Shown here piece after piece: positions 34,551 to 45,241 of a stretch of 64,000 nucleotides of DNA. Below the pieces are notes generated by a model, which saw nothing but the letters and a program-made list of their open reading frames with translations, did no database searches and had not been told where the DNA came from. The DNA is from Saprolegnia diclina VS20 (taxonomy: Eukaryota): assembly GCF_000281045.1 (NCBI RefSeq), contig NW_008246084.1, positions 467,769 to 531,768 of the forward strand, given 5' to 3'. Numbering within the stretch: position 1 is the stretch's first letter; each line of letters begins with the position of its first letter. A program made the translations under genes and the position numbers.

Positions 34551-36170
34551 GACGTACTCAGTACTAGCCAGCGAGACGTGGAATGCCAGCGACTTTGCCA
34601 TTGGGACGGCCACCGAACCGGCTACGCAAAGAACGCGCCAAGGGCTTCGAAAATGCCACGCGTTTTAACTTCGAACTTCGATATCATACTATTTCAAGTC
34701 CTCCAGTCTTGAGGACGCGTACGGCCTGTGCATTACAGGATCAAAGCCATGACACAAGTTGATCTCCGTATTTGGTAGGTACCATTCAACAGCGTCTTCA
34801 CCAAGTCAAGCCACGGCGCCTGGCAGGAAACCATCCCGGATTCCATTCGTACACTATTTACAGCAAATCTGACACAGGTTGCGAACTTCGAATACGGAGT
34901 TTGAAAACCAAGTGGTAGTTCGAAATGTGAGAGGACAGTTTCAGCGTGGGCGGTATCGCGGGCCTGTACGTGGCAGCGTGCAGTGGCTTCGGACGGCCTC
35001 GACGCCGTGCATTACTGCTGCTGAAGCCTGGCGCCTCGTGGTAGCCGAGAAGACGCGGCAGCGCGCGGTATCTTCCGCGCAACGTCCTGGTGTCGCGCTG
35101 GGTCAGCAGCTCTCGCCGAGAGCATCTAGGCTGCAATGCGAGAGACTGCTTCTCCGCATGCCGTTCCAATCTCCTCCGTCGGTGTCGACAACGCCGTGGG
35201 CGATGACCTGGACCCAAGCAGTAATGGCCGGAATCATTGACCCGCGGCGTATCCAGAGCCGTGTCCTGGCTAGAACGAGGATACTGCTACCTACACATAC
35301 TGTCTGATTCCACTACACGAACGGTATTGTCCATGTCACGCGTCAGGATAGCTACAGTAGTCTACGGTCGTCCAGAGCTTTCAGACATGCTATCAGTATT
35401 CCGTGGCGTAGCATTGCACCACGAGCATGGTTGCGACCAACATCTTTGTTGCCGACACCATGCACCGCCATATCCAACGAGCAGAACTGCTGCGTCCAGC
35501 CATTCCGTAATAGCTCAATTATTACATATATCTAACGATGACCCTTTCGCAGTACAGTAGGGAACCTCTTATCCACGACCCCTGTATCGATACATCTCGC
35601 CCCTGCGGCATGTCGCTGTCGAAACAAAATATTGCGTAATAAAAAAAGGATTGGCCCAAATTTAAAAGCGCTGGAGTTTCAAATTTGGCGCGCATTTTGG
35701 GCGCGAGATGAATCCTTTCGCGCACGGACACCATTTTGTCTTTACCGCCAGGTGCATCATGCCCACGACGACTATTGGTCATGAGCTTTCCGTTGTCGAG
35801 GATTTCATCCGAGACTTCGATGATACCGCACTGGAAGCAGAAATCGTCACGATCGTCGACATGGAGATCTTTCAGATTTAGAGACATATTACACAATAAA
35901 AATATGCAATCGTTTTTCAAAAAAATATGGGCCGAAACCATGCGTTTTGCGATAAATTACCCTTTGCTCCCAAAATCACCCTTCGTAGATAAGAGGCTCC
36001 CTACTGTACTGACGACAGCAGCCCCTCGCTATCTTTCTACGAGTCAAATCAACACCTAGCTCATAACCAGACATCATTTTCGTCCCATCAGCATGGCATT
36101 TTGTGTAAAGTATGCATGGAACAGACAACAGGACGAATACATAACGTTAAGAACTAGTACTAAAAAGAGG

Positions 36171-37354
36171 TCAGACGTCGTTCTGGCCAAGGTACACGGG
36201 CGTGTCGAGCATGGCCTGGAAGCGCGTCGTGTCCATGTACGGGCTCAGGGACGAGGTTTCTTGGAGCGCTGCCATGTCGACGCCGTAGCCCGAGTGTAGC
36301 ACTTCGATCGTGCTGCTGCGCCCATCTTCATCCGCCTCATCGTCGTCGTCATCGTGAAGCGACGAATGGTCGTCGTCGCCAAGCTGGGATGGAGTCTCGT
36401 GTTCTTCCGAGAGCTCGGACGGACCTCCGGTCAAGAGCAGCCGGTCCGAGAGCACGCTGCAATAGATGTCTTCCGAGTAGCTGCTGTTGAGCAAGGTCGA
36501 GTGCGTCGTAGAGACGCTGGTGCCACCTGCAAGCGATGGGCTCAGCGAGTACGCCGACGCGGTGAGCGTCTCAAACACCGGGTCGGTCGTCATCGAGTCC
36601 ATCAAATCAAAGATCGGGTTGGTGCTGCGGAGCAACTCGTTTGTGATACCAAGATCGCTCGGTCCGTTGCGCGAGCTAAAGAAGGAGCAGGCTGACGAGT
36701 CGGGCGACGCGACGGGTGACGGCGACGCTGGCTTTTCGCGATTCGACCGCCGCATCGAGAACAGAAAGGCGATCGCGACGGCGCATCCCACGATACCGCA
36801 TGCAAGCGGCCATAAGACGCTGGCACTGAGCCCAGATGCGGCGTCGTCTAGGAAGCCATTCAATGAGATGGGACTGCAAGGTGAGGAGGCGAGGTACCAG
36901 AGATGGAAAGGGTCGTGGTTGCTGTCGTCGGCAACGCTGTCCGCAGAAGGGCGCTCATCGTTGGCTTGGGCGGGGGAGCCGGAATAGTCGTGTTGTTCGA
37001 CGTACGAATCGTAGCCGTTGGCGCCGACGTGTTGGGTTCAAGCGTCGGGGCCACGGTGTCCGCACGGTCGGGTTGAGTAGTCTCCGGCTTTGGGGCTAGG
37101 GTAGTCGGGACCATCGTCGTCGGTCGTGGGGTCGCGGTGGCAACGGGCTCTGTTGCCGTCGGCGCCGTAGTCATGGCTGGTTTCAGCGGCGGAGTCGTCG
37201 TCGCCGGCACCGACGTCGTCGCACTGAGCAGCAAAGTCGTCGGCGTCGGTGTCATTTCGGTCGGGTCGGGCACGAGCGAGGGTGGCTCCGTGCTGTTGCC
37301 TTGGCCGGCAACCAGCGCGGTGCAGACCGCTAGCAGTCGGAGGAGCTTTGCCAT
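36171..37354 (-). CDS. Mucin-like single-pass type I membrane protein C (intron 36848-36897)
   Basis: Signal peptide, Thr/Pro stalk, TM (VLWPLACGIVGCAVAIAFLF) and a tail ending MDTTRFQAMLDTPVYL. Confidence 0.78.
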
Positions 37355-37882
37355 CTTGCCGGCGCGATCCAAAATGACTGCCCGCTCTGTCCTGCCGAGC
37401 GCGTGGGTCTGGTTCCAAGTCCTTTTGGACGCCTGATTTGCTCAATTCGCGTCTTGATTTGCATCGCACTGGAAAAATTGTGTTGATGTTTGTATGCCGC
37501 GGGCTCAAACTCAAGAAAAGCGTATATCATGGCGGCAGTAATGGGCTTGGTGCCACGCCCCGCAAGCCGCAGGCTTCTACCGTGGGCTTCTACGCCTGGA
37601 TGTCGGCGCGTCAGTCGATGACAGCGCGGGCTCACTACAGCGATCGTGCTGGCTCGTACTGGCCAAACGCTGCTGAGTTGTCCTTGCGCCTCCACTATAC
37701 ATGGCACGTACTAGTAACCAGCGACCTGGACTGCACGCCCACCGAACGCATCTGCACGCAGTACCACCGGTCGGTCGCAAGGACGGCGCCATTCCCACCC
37801 TCGACAAATTCGTGATCGCGAACGCGTCCCATCGATTGACATACAACGACACCATTACCACGTAGCCCATACAAGGCGATCG

Positions 37883-38659
37883 CTAGAGACAGCGCACTTT
37901 TTTTGATGCGACGTCTGAGTCGAGCGACTGGCGAGGGCGCTTGCGCTTGGTCGGGAGCGACGCCTGTGTCGGTGGAGCTACGTCTTGAAAGAGGCGGTCG
38001 CGGGTCGGGATACCTTGCTGGGCCAGCGGCGGGTCGCCTTCGTACGACACCATGATGTCGCTGCGGGGCATGTGCCCACATTTTTCAACGAGCCGCTGTC
38101 CAAACGCGTCAAGATTGACGGGGCCGGGCGGCACAAGGTCGGCGCAGGCCTTTGGCAGTGCAAGCAGCAATCGCTCGAGCACGAGGGCGTCCGTGAGGAG
38201 CGCGCGGCCGCGCGTGCGCCGTGTGTAGTCGTTGACGCTCATGACGATATTGTGCATGCGCTGGATGAGCTCGTGGATGCAGTCAAAGTTTGCGTCAAAC
38301 ACCTCGTCAAACAAGTCGGCGAGGAGTCGCTCCATGGGCGCGTGCGACGACGGATGGTACTCGTCAACGACGGCCGCCCACAACTCGTGGATAGGCATCG
38401 ACTTGGAGAGGCACTCGGTTACAAACGACGACGGCAAGCTCGCGAACAACGTCTTGCGCAGGTCGGTGATCAGAACCGACTGCACGCGGGACGGCGGCGG
38501 CTCGAGCGTCGTGAGCAGCTCAATGTACGAGACTGCGGGCGCCGCAAGCCCTTTCTGCGCAAAGACGACCTCGACGTTGCGCTGGCGCGTGGCGAGCGTC
38601 GCCATCAGCGTCGCCTCCCACGCGACAAAGTCGTAGATGCGGCCGCTGAAGCGCGCCAT
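37883..38659 (-). CDS. Ty1/copia Gag (UBN2/Retrotran_gag_2)-like ORF with no pol or LTRs
   Basis: The pattern FSGR.YDF..W...LMATL / HELWAAVVDEY / IHELIQRMHNIV / D.LVLERLLLALP matches copia Gag capsid helices. Basic C-terminus. Intact 258-aa ORF. Confidence 0.55.
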   Translation of the reverse strand: MARFSGRIYDFVAWEATLMATLATRQRNVEVVFAQKGLAAPAVSYIELLTTLEPPPSRVQSVLITDLRKTLFASLPSSFVTECLSKSMPIHELWAAVVDEYHPSSHAPMERLLADLFDEVFDANFDCIHELIQRMHNIVMSVNDYTRRTRGRALLTDALVLERLLLALPKACADLVPPGPVNLDAFGQRLVEKCGHMPRSDIMVSYEGDPPLAQQGIPTRDRLFQDVAPPTQASLPTKRKRPRQSLDSDVASKKVRCL

Positions 38660-39031
38660 GGCGGTCGAACGTGCAACGCAGCGCATTTTGTCCAATCACC
38701 GATCGTGCTGGCCGATCGACCAATAAAATTATTTTCGGCACATGCCACACGAACCGATACACGTCCAGGTTTGCGGGATCGCTGGCTCTCATTTGATAGA
38801 CAATATTGTTGGAGGTTATACATCAAACAACCACGCGCCATCGATAAGTCGGAGTAGCCTCGTCTGTCGAGTGATTCCAGCGCTGTCGCTTGCATCGAAT
38901 GTACCCTTGTTGTATGCAGTACGTTCCCAGCACACGACTCGAGATCGGTCTCAAGAGAACAGTATCAAGTGAGGTATCAAGTGAACGGCGAATGATCAAC
39001 GTGACATTATATTAAATAGACGCATAATGGC

Positions 39032-39714
39032 TTAAAAGAGGTTGATTTTCATGCGCACCATTTCTTCGAAACGCGTCGAGTCCATGGACCCGAGGTCGGA
39101 CGAGCTCCGCCTCCCACTTGACGAGTCCGACATATACGGGCTGTCCATCTCATGGAGGTCCAAGTCTCGCGGGTGCGCCTCGAATTGCGCAGCGACGTCC
39201 ATGTCGAATTCGTCGGCGCTGGGCCCCAGCACGGCGACCTTGGGTGTCGAGACGGTTGATTTATATGACGATCGCGCTGGCAGCGGAGTTTCGACCGAGA
39301 GAAAACTTGGCGAGAGTTGGTGGGCGTCACGGCCAAGCGTCCCTTGACGGCGCTCGCGCTTGCGCTTGACGAAGAAAAGGACGATGACGACGAGGAGGAT
39401 GCCGCAGATAGCACCGAGCGTAAAGGTCAGCGTTGTGTTGAGCGTTGCATTGGGGTCTACACCGCGTGGTGTGTCACTGCACAAGTGGAGCTAAGGGGCG
39501 TACCCGACACGACGGTCACAGTTGCGGTCGGCGCTATGATGGTCGGCGCGGCAGTCTTGTCTGTGGACGCTGGTATTGCGCTACTAGTTGGTGCTGGAGG
39601 CGCTGTTGTGGGCGTCAATGGCGACGTTGTCGGGAGAGGGCTGGTGGTGTTCGCAGCCGCCGCTCGCATCGCCAGCGCCAACGCGGGCACAAAGGACCAG
39701 CTGCGACGTTGCAT
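39032..39714 (-). CDS. Mucin-like single-pass type I membrane protein D (intron 39457-39503)
   Basis: Signal peptide, short Thr/Pro stalk, TM (FTLGAICGILLVVIVLFFV) followed by KRKRERR, and a tail ending MDSTRFEEMVRMKINLF. Confidence 0.78.
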
Positions 39715-40846
39715 GCGCGTGGAATCTTTGGAAGTGAACGAGTCTTGAAGTGTGATAGACAGGCCACGCGCCGAGCCAATCCCAGTCGCACCCAACTACT
39801 CAGGTGGCTGACTCAGAGTCGATGCCCGATTCGGATTGCCGTTTAGCTCTGCCGTAAAAATGCATTCTTTTATATTATAAGTTCAAATTTAGTCAAATTT
39901 ACTTTATATCTGTATAGAATATTGCATGTAAAATCTAAAATCTACGACGCAAGCATCATGGCTGCGGGGAATATAGGCGCCAAGTCTGAGATACTAGTAT
40001 ATGGTACCCAGCTTTCGCTCATTTCCCGAAAAGGACCGTCGACACCTCGTCACAATCAACGAGTTGGCTGCACTCCTGCGTCATCGACCATCAACGGCAA
40101 TTGAGGGTCTCGCTCAAGCTCATTTAGAGGCTTCGAAAGCCGGACGCCACGTCATCGACCCACAACTGAACTCCTACCGGTACGAGTAAGCACAAGCTCC
40201 ATCACGAGCAGTGGACAGCTGTGTACAACGCACATGCGTCCTCTGCAAAGGCACGTTTAACATTCCAAGTTGGTAGGCGCAAAATGACGCCGTTGAGAAG
40301 TGGCCCAACAACTTGCCATGTCTGGACTGCGGATGCTTGTCCCAGCGCAACATGGGCGGCGCGCGGCACATGAGTGCGAGCTCCTCCAGTGTACGTGGAT
40401 GTCAAGGACCTGTCTGCATCGAGTCTCTGTGTTCTTCTATCTCGCCTTACCTCGGTAAGCGGTTCTTTTCACCTCAAATCAAGCCGAAGAAACTTCTCAC
40501 GCACTCCAATTGAGCAAAGGCGAGGACGGCAACCCAAAGAAGGACGCAATTCGATTCATTCGTCTTCTGGTCGCCACGGCCTGTAGCGTCAGAAATGACC
40601 AAGAAGTGCGAGATAGGAGGGTAGGAGCACCATAGCTTATACTAGTATGTTCACAAGTCAACAACAGCAGAACTGCAATGGTCGTCTACGATCAACAAGT
40701 TCTGGTGGCTTTACACGTACACGTGCAGGTCGGGAAGCTGGAGAATTGGGCTGATGTTATTACCCGTTGGCGTGTCGAAACAAGAAATTGCATTGCGAGA
40801 GGTTTCTCAAGTGTCAGTTGACATTCAATCTCGAGACCATTCCATC

Positions 40847-41604
40847 ATGAGTGTCCTCTCAGCTCTTCGCCGGGCTTCGCTGCACCAGTCGCTTCTCCCG
40901 CGCCGCTTCTTCTCGATTCCCAGCTCTCGCCCGCTCGCGCTCGTGATCGCCTGGAACAAGCTAGCACCAGAAGCGCCAGACCGCTTTTACTTCCACTACA
41001 GCGACCCGATCGACTGGCCCCTCGTGCTCCAAGACGAGTTGGGACTCCCATGGACCCCGAAGATCCTCAGCGTCGTCAGCTCGTTCAGTGACGATCCGGG
41101 CGTCACAGCGACCTTCAACATTTCGTACGACAAGCTCATGGACACCAAGGCGTACTTTCAGGAACATCAAAGACGCCACAACGAGCTCATGGCGAGCTTC
41201 AAGAAGGACGCTAAGTTCGTAGTGCGGAGATGGCAATCGTTTTGAAAGACGCGAAGGAATTGCGCGACGGATTGGCGGCGCTCGTGCTCAAGCGCGATCT
41301 CGCCGAGCTCGGCAGCTTTACCGCTCGATACTGTGAGTTTAAGATCGCCTTGCAGCAAAGTGAGTCGAAGGCGAGCGCGGGGAAGACACGCAAGTCGACG
41401 AAGAGCAAAAAGTCGTCGAAACACGCCAACGCTCACGCTCTGGACGAAGGGGTCTATGGTCTCTACCGCTACACGAAGCTTTGCGAGATTATCGCCACGT
41501 TGACCCCAGACGATTTCCCGGATCTACCCGACGCCAAGCTCATCTTTCAAGCGAGGCTGGAGGAGTTTGAGCGCCTCGCGACCGAGGCTCAGAAGTGGCC
41601 CTAG
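40847..41604 (+). pseudogene. Hypothetical protein split by a frameshift near 41215-41245 (pseudogene, assembly error, or two ORFs)
   Basis: ORF 40847-41245 has a mitochondrial-presequence-like N-terminus (MSVLSALRRASL..RRFFS). It overlaps ORF 41230-41604 in another frame. Both have host-like codon usage, and no obvious intron lies at the junction. Confidence 0.45.
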
Positions 41605-41929
41605 CTGCTTTGAGGTTCGTCGAGGCGACAACCTTGATCTTTGAACTCGCAGTTATTTTTTGTGCTTGCTACTTCTGGAGGTGATGCACGCAACCGTTGT
41701 GCTCAGGAGTAGCGTGACTACTAGAGTCGCGACAGTTAACCCGTTTTACCTTGTTCTGCACTAACTTGATCCATAGGTACCTTGGTACGGAACGGGCGTT
41801 GGATGATAGCGCCGACCAACGTACTGGCGCCAGGTGCTGCCACGTATGCCAAATGGCCTGCGACACGGCGCTGCCTCGCGGTATCTCATTGGCGCGGCGG
41901 GGTGAGTGGCGCAGAAGTACAATTCCACG

Positions 41930-43240
41930 ATGGAGTTGCGCACGTTCCGCAGCCGTCCGCGCCTCTCGGCTGACTGGAGCGGCGAGTACGAAGAGAAATC
42001 CTCCGAGTGGTTCGAGCTCTTCTTGGACCTTGTGCTCGTCGCCGCCTGCGCCAACGTGGCCGAGAAGCTCAAAGACGAGTTCACGCTCAACGGCTTCATC
42101 TCGTTCACGCTCATGACGAGCTTGTACGTCACGAGCTGGCACTGGTACGCGCACTTCCATGGGCGCTTTAGCGAGTCGTCGCTTGCCCACTACGCGATGC
42201 TCTTCATCCTCCTCGGCGGTCTCGGCACCATGGTGCTTGCGAGCGAACCCGGTTGGCACTTTTCGATCGGTCTTCTCTTCGTGCGCATTGCGCTGCTTGC
42301 GATGAATGCGGCAGTCTACCGCGTGCTGCCTGCGTCGCGGGACCGTCTCCGCGTCGACATGACGATCCTCGCGTGCAGCTGTGCCGTTCTACTGCTCGCG
42401 ATTGCCCGTCCGATGTGCAGTAGCAACGCGTATATGGTCGTCCTTGTGCTCGAGATTGTCGTGCTCTACGTGAGCCGCATGCGCCACTGGTGTGTCGCGC
42501 CCGGCGACGGCATCCCGGTCAACGTCGAGCACATGAACGACCGCGAAGGCTCGCTGGTGCTCGTTGCGCTCGGCGAAGCGGTCGTGAGTGCCGTCATCAA
42601 CAGCCGCCACGTGTCGTCGCCGCTTCCAAACCGCTTCTACGTCATGATGCTGCTCTCGATGCTCGTCAACTTTGCCCTCGCGCTCTTTTATTTTGCGGTC
42701 AAGCCGCCGCGGACGATGCACGCGGTCCACCAGTCGGTGCGGCGCGCGTCGTTGTTTACGCTTCTCCACGTGCTGTTGCTCCCGACGATTCTGGCGCTGG
42801 GCGTCAGCATGAAGTTCATCGCGGAAGCGGTCTTGCGCAATGAGAAGCTCGATGTGGCGGTTGTGTGGCTGCTATTTGGCGCCATGGCGCTCTGCATGGT
42901 GTGGATCTTTCTGTTGCGCGGACTGCACTACTGGGGCGCACAGCCTGCTACAACAGACCGGCCCAATGTGAAGCGCATCATCCGTGGCTGGTGGGCTCTC
43001 ATGGTGGGCTGGCCGCTTCTCCCGCTTGCAAGTGGCCAAGTGCTCATGGTGATGGCCCCGCGCGGTGTCGACCCGCTCATCGCGTTGGGCGCGGCCGCGG
43101 CCTGTGTCCTCTTTTGGATCTTCTCGGAAACTGCGATCATGAATTATCTTGCCGTGCTCAGTGAAACGACAGGACTTCGAACCCCGGAGCTCTCACCGCT
43201 CGTGCTTCGGGTCAACTCGTCGCGCAACGTAATGAACTAA
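41930..43240 (+). CDS. Low temperature requirement A (LtrA)-family membrane protein, copy 1, intronless
   Basis: WFELFLDLVLVA, HMNDREGSLVLVALGEAV (the ER.GL..II.LGE motif), a His in the late TM region, and many TM helices. Confidence 0.8.
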   Translation: MELRTFRSRPRLSADWSGEYEEKSSEWFELFLDLVLVAACANVAEKLKDEFTLNGFISFTLMTSLYVTSWHWYAHFHGRFSESSLAHYAMLFILLGGLGTMVLASEPGWHFSIGLLFVRIALLAMNAAVYRVLPASRDRLRVDMTILACSCAVLLLAIARPMCSSNAYMVVLVLEIVVLYVSRMRHWCVAPGDGIPVNVEHMNDREGSLVLVALGEAVVSAVINSRHVSSPLPNRFYVMMLLSMLVNFALALFYFAVKPPRTMHAVHQSVRRASLFTLLHVLLLPTILALGVSMKFIAEAVLRNEKLDVAVVWLLFGAMALCMVWIFLLRGLHYWGAQPATTDRPNVKRIIRGWWALMVGWPLLPLASGQVLMVMAPRGVDPLIALGAAAACVLFWIFSETAIMNYLAVLSETTGLRTPELSPLVLRVNSSRNVMN

Positions 43241-43564
43241 GGTTTGAGTGTATTAATACGTGGCAAAACCGTGTGGATCGTTGCGTTTTGAGTCGTGAGC
43301 AAGGGAATCAACTAAGACAATGGGCTGTACCGCCGATTGTCCCTGCCGCGTACGTGCGTACACCAACACCCAAACAAAAGGCTTCAGAAAGCCCATGAGC
43401 AGCTCTAGTGCTTGCTTGGACGAGCATCGCTGGTCCAAGCACACGATCGATGCTGCTTGAGTTTTCCACAAGCTTGTCTTCCTGGCAGATGATAGGCAAC
43501 GCTGATTGGTCCATGTCGACTGGATTCGCGCACTGTGATTGGATACATTCCAATTGGCCGTAGC

Positions 43565-44536
43565 ATGCGCGCAGGAGTCGGCGACCTCACGGACCTCGGC
43601 GTCCTCGTCGGTAATGCGCCAGCGTCCGTGCTCATTGTCGGCGACGGCAACTTCTCCTACACATGCGCTTTGGCCCGGCACCTACACGCCGAGCGCCAGC
43701 GCCGACCGCTGCCTCGCTTGCGCATCATCGCCACGTCGCTCGACACGGCGGACGAGCTCGCGCGCATGTACCCTGGCTCGGCCGCCAAGCTGGCCGAGAT
43801 CCGCGACCACAACATTTCAGTGCTTCACGACTTTAACGCGACCAAGCTCGAAACGTATGGAGACTTGCTGGGTCCCGAGCCATTTGACCGCATCGTGTTC
43901 AACTTTCCGCACTACGCCGAGGGCGGCAACAAGCGCAACAAGATCAACAAGCACCGACAGCTCCTCACGCAGTTCTTCCAGAGCTGCCATCACGTGCTCG
44001 CTCCGCACGGTCAAATCTGGGTCACCCTCTGCGCGGGCCAAGGCGGCACGCCGGCTGAGACCATTGTCCGCGCCTTTGGGGACACGTGGCAGGTCGCGCA
44101 GTGCGCTGCGAGCGCCAGCTTTCTCCTCTACGACGTCCACGAAGCGCCCGTCGACGCGCTCTTCCAGCTCGGCTACAACAGCGTCGGCCACCGCCTCCAA
44201 GAAAAGGCCTTCCGGACGCACGCCGGGCTCACGCACGTGTTTTGCCGCGACACGATCGGCCACAGCTCGTGCTTTCCGCTCACGTGGTCGCGCGACATTA
44301 GCTTCTGGATCAACGACGGGTTCTCGGACGCCAAGTTGGCGCCCGTTTTGGACACGGTCTTTGGGCCGCAGGTCGAGGTTTCGTGTCTCAAGATTGACGA
44401 ATATGTGAGCGACACCGGGCGACGCGCGTACGGCTACCGCCTCACGTTGTCGTCGTCCGTCTTTGCGCTCTCGAAAGACTATGTCAACGCCAAGTGCGAG
44501 GAGATTGTGGATCTCCTCGATACAAAAGTATGGTAG
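43565..44536 (+). CDS. FDXACB1-like protein (BMT5/DUF2431 + FDX-ACB-like), copy 2
   Basis: VLIVGDGNFSY, ATSLD, FDRIVFNFPH, LCAGQGGTPAE, DTWQVAQCAASA and RDISFW. Paralog of 20776-21804. Confidence 0.85.
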   Translation: MRAGVGDLTDLGVLVGNAPASVLIVGDGNFSYTCALARHLHAERQRRPLPRLRIIATSLDTADELARMYPGSAAKLAEIRDHNISVLHDFNATKLETYGDLLGPEPFDRIVFNFPHYAEGGNKRNKINKHRQLLTQFFQSCHHVLAPHGQIWVTLCAGQGGTPAETIVRAFGDTWQVAQCAASASFLLYDVHEAPVDALFQLGYNSVGHRLQEKAFRTHAGLTHVFCRDTIGHSSCFPLTWSRDISFWINDGFSDAKLAPVLDTVFGPQVEVSCLKIDEYVSDTGRRAYGYRLTLSSSVFALSKDYVNAKCEEIVDLLDTKVW

Positions 44537-45241
44537 ACGGATTCGTGAAGGACCACCGCCCGTACGTCGAAGTCGTTTCTGCCCACAGAAAGCACTTGAC
44601 TAGGTCGTGTAAGACAAAAAGACTTGGGAGTTGCTACGCGTTGCTCCTGGTGGTGTCCTTTCTTGATCTTGGAGCAAGAAAGCCAGCGCGCTTCCGAGCG
44701 CCACGCACGTGTTGATATCACCAGTGTCGTTGTGCGTCGTAGTCGTAATGCGATGGTACGTTGAAGTTTTTCACCAGTGCAACGGAAGGAGCGCTGCAAG
44801 GCTGCATACTGCTCACGAGGCTCTTGTGCCATTGAAAATGAAGAGTGTAAACTAGATGAGCCACTTGTCGACAGCGTCGATTCGCGTCTACCGGATGGGG
44901 ATCTCGCAATGAAAGCTCCCAGTTGATCATTGACACGGCCCCGCCGGCTACAAATGCTGTAAGATATTGTTTGAGGTAGTCATCTCCACCGACGACACCA
45001 AATGACTCGACGGATAGACCACGGCTTCTGGAATCCAGCCGACAGTAAAAAATCACTGTGCCATTCTCCCATGACAACTTGCGTTGCTTGTGGACCAACG
45101 ACCTGGTCAGCAACAAGGCATTGCTTGACATCACGCTTTATGCTTGAAATGACAATGACCCGGTGGGGCGGGATCGACTTGCGGACGACATGCGTAGTGA
45201 GTTCCAACGCCAAGCAACGTACTAGCATGGACCATGTTGTA

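Noticed and set aside
38962..38984. GTATCAAGTGA duplication near the Gag-like ORF as an LTR or target-site duplication
   Set aside because: It is an adjacent tandem copy only, with no counterpart on the other side of the ORF.
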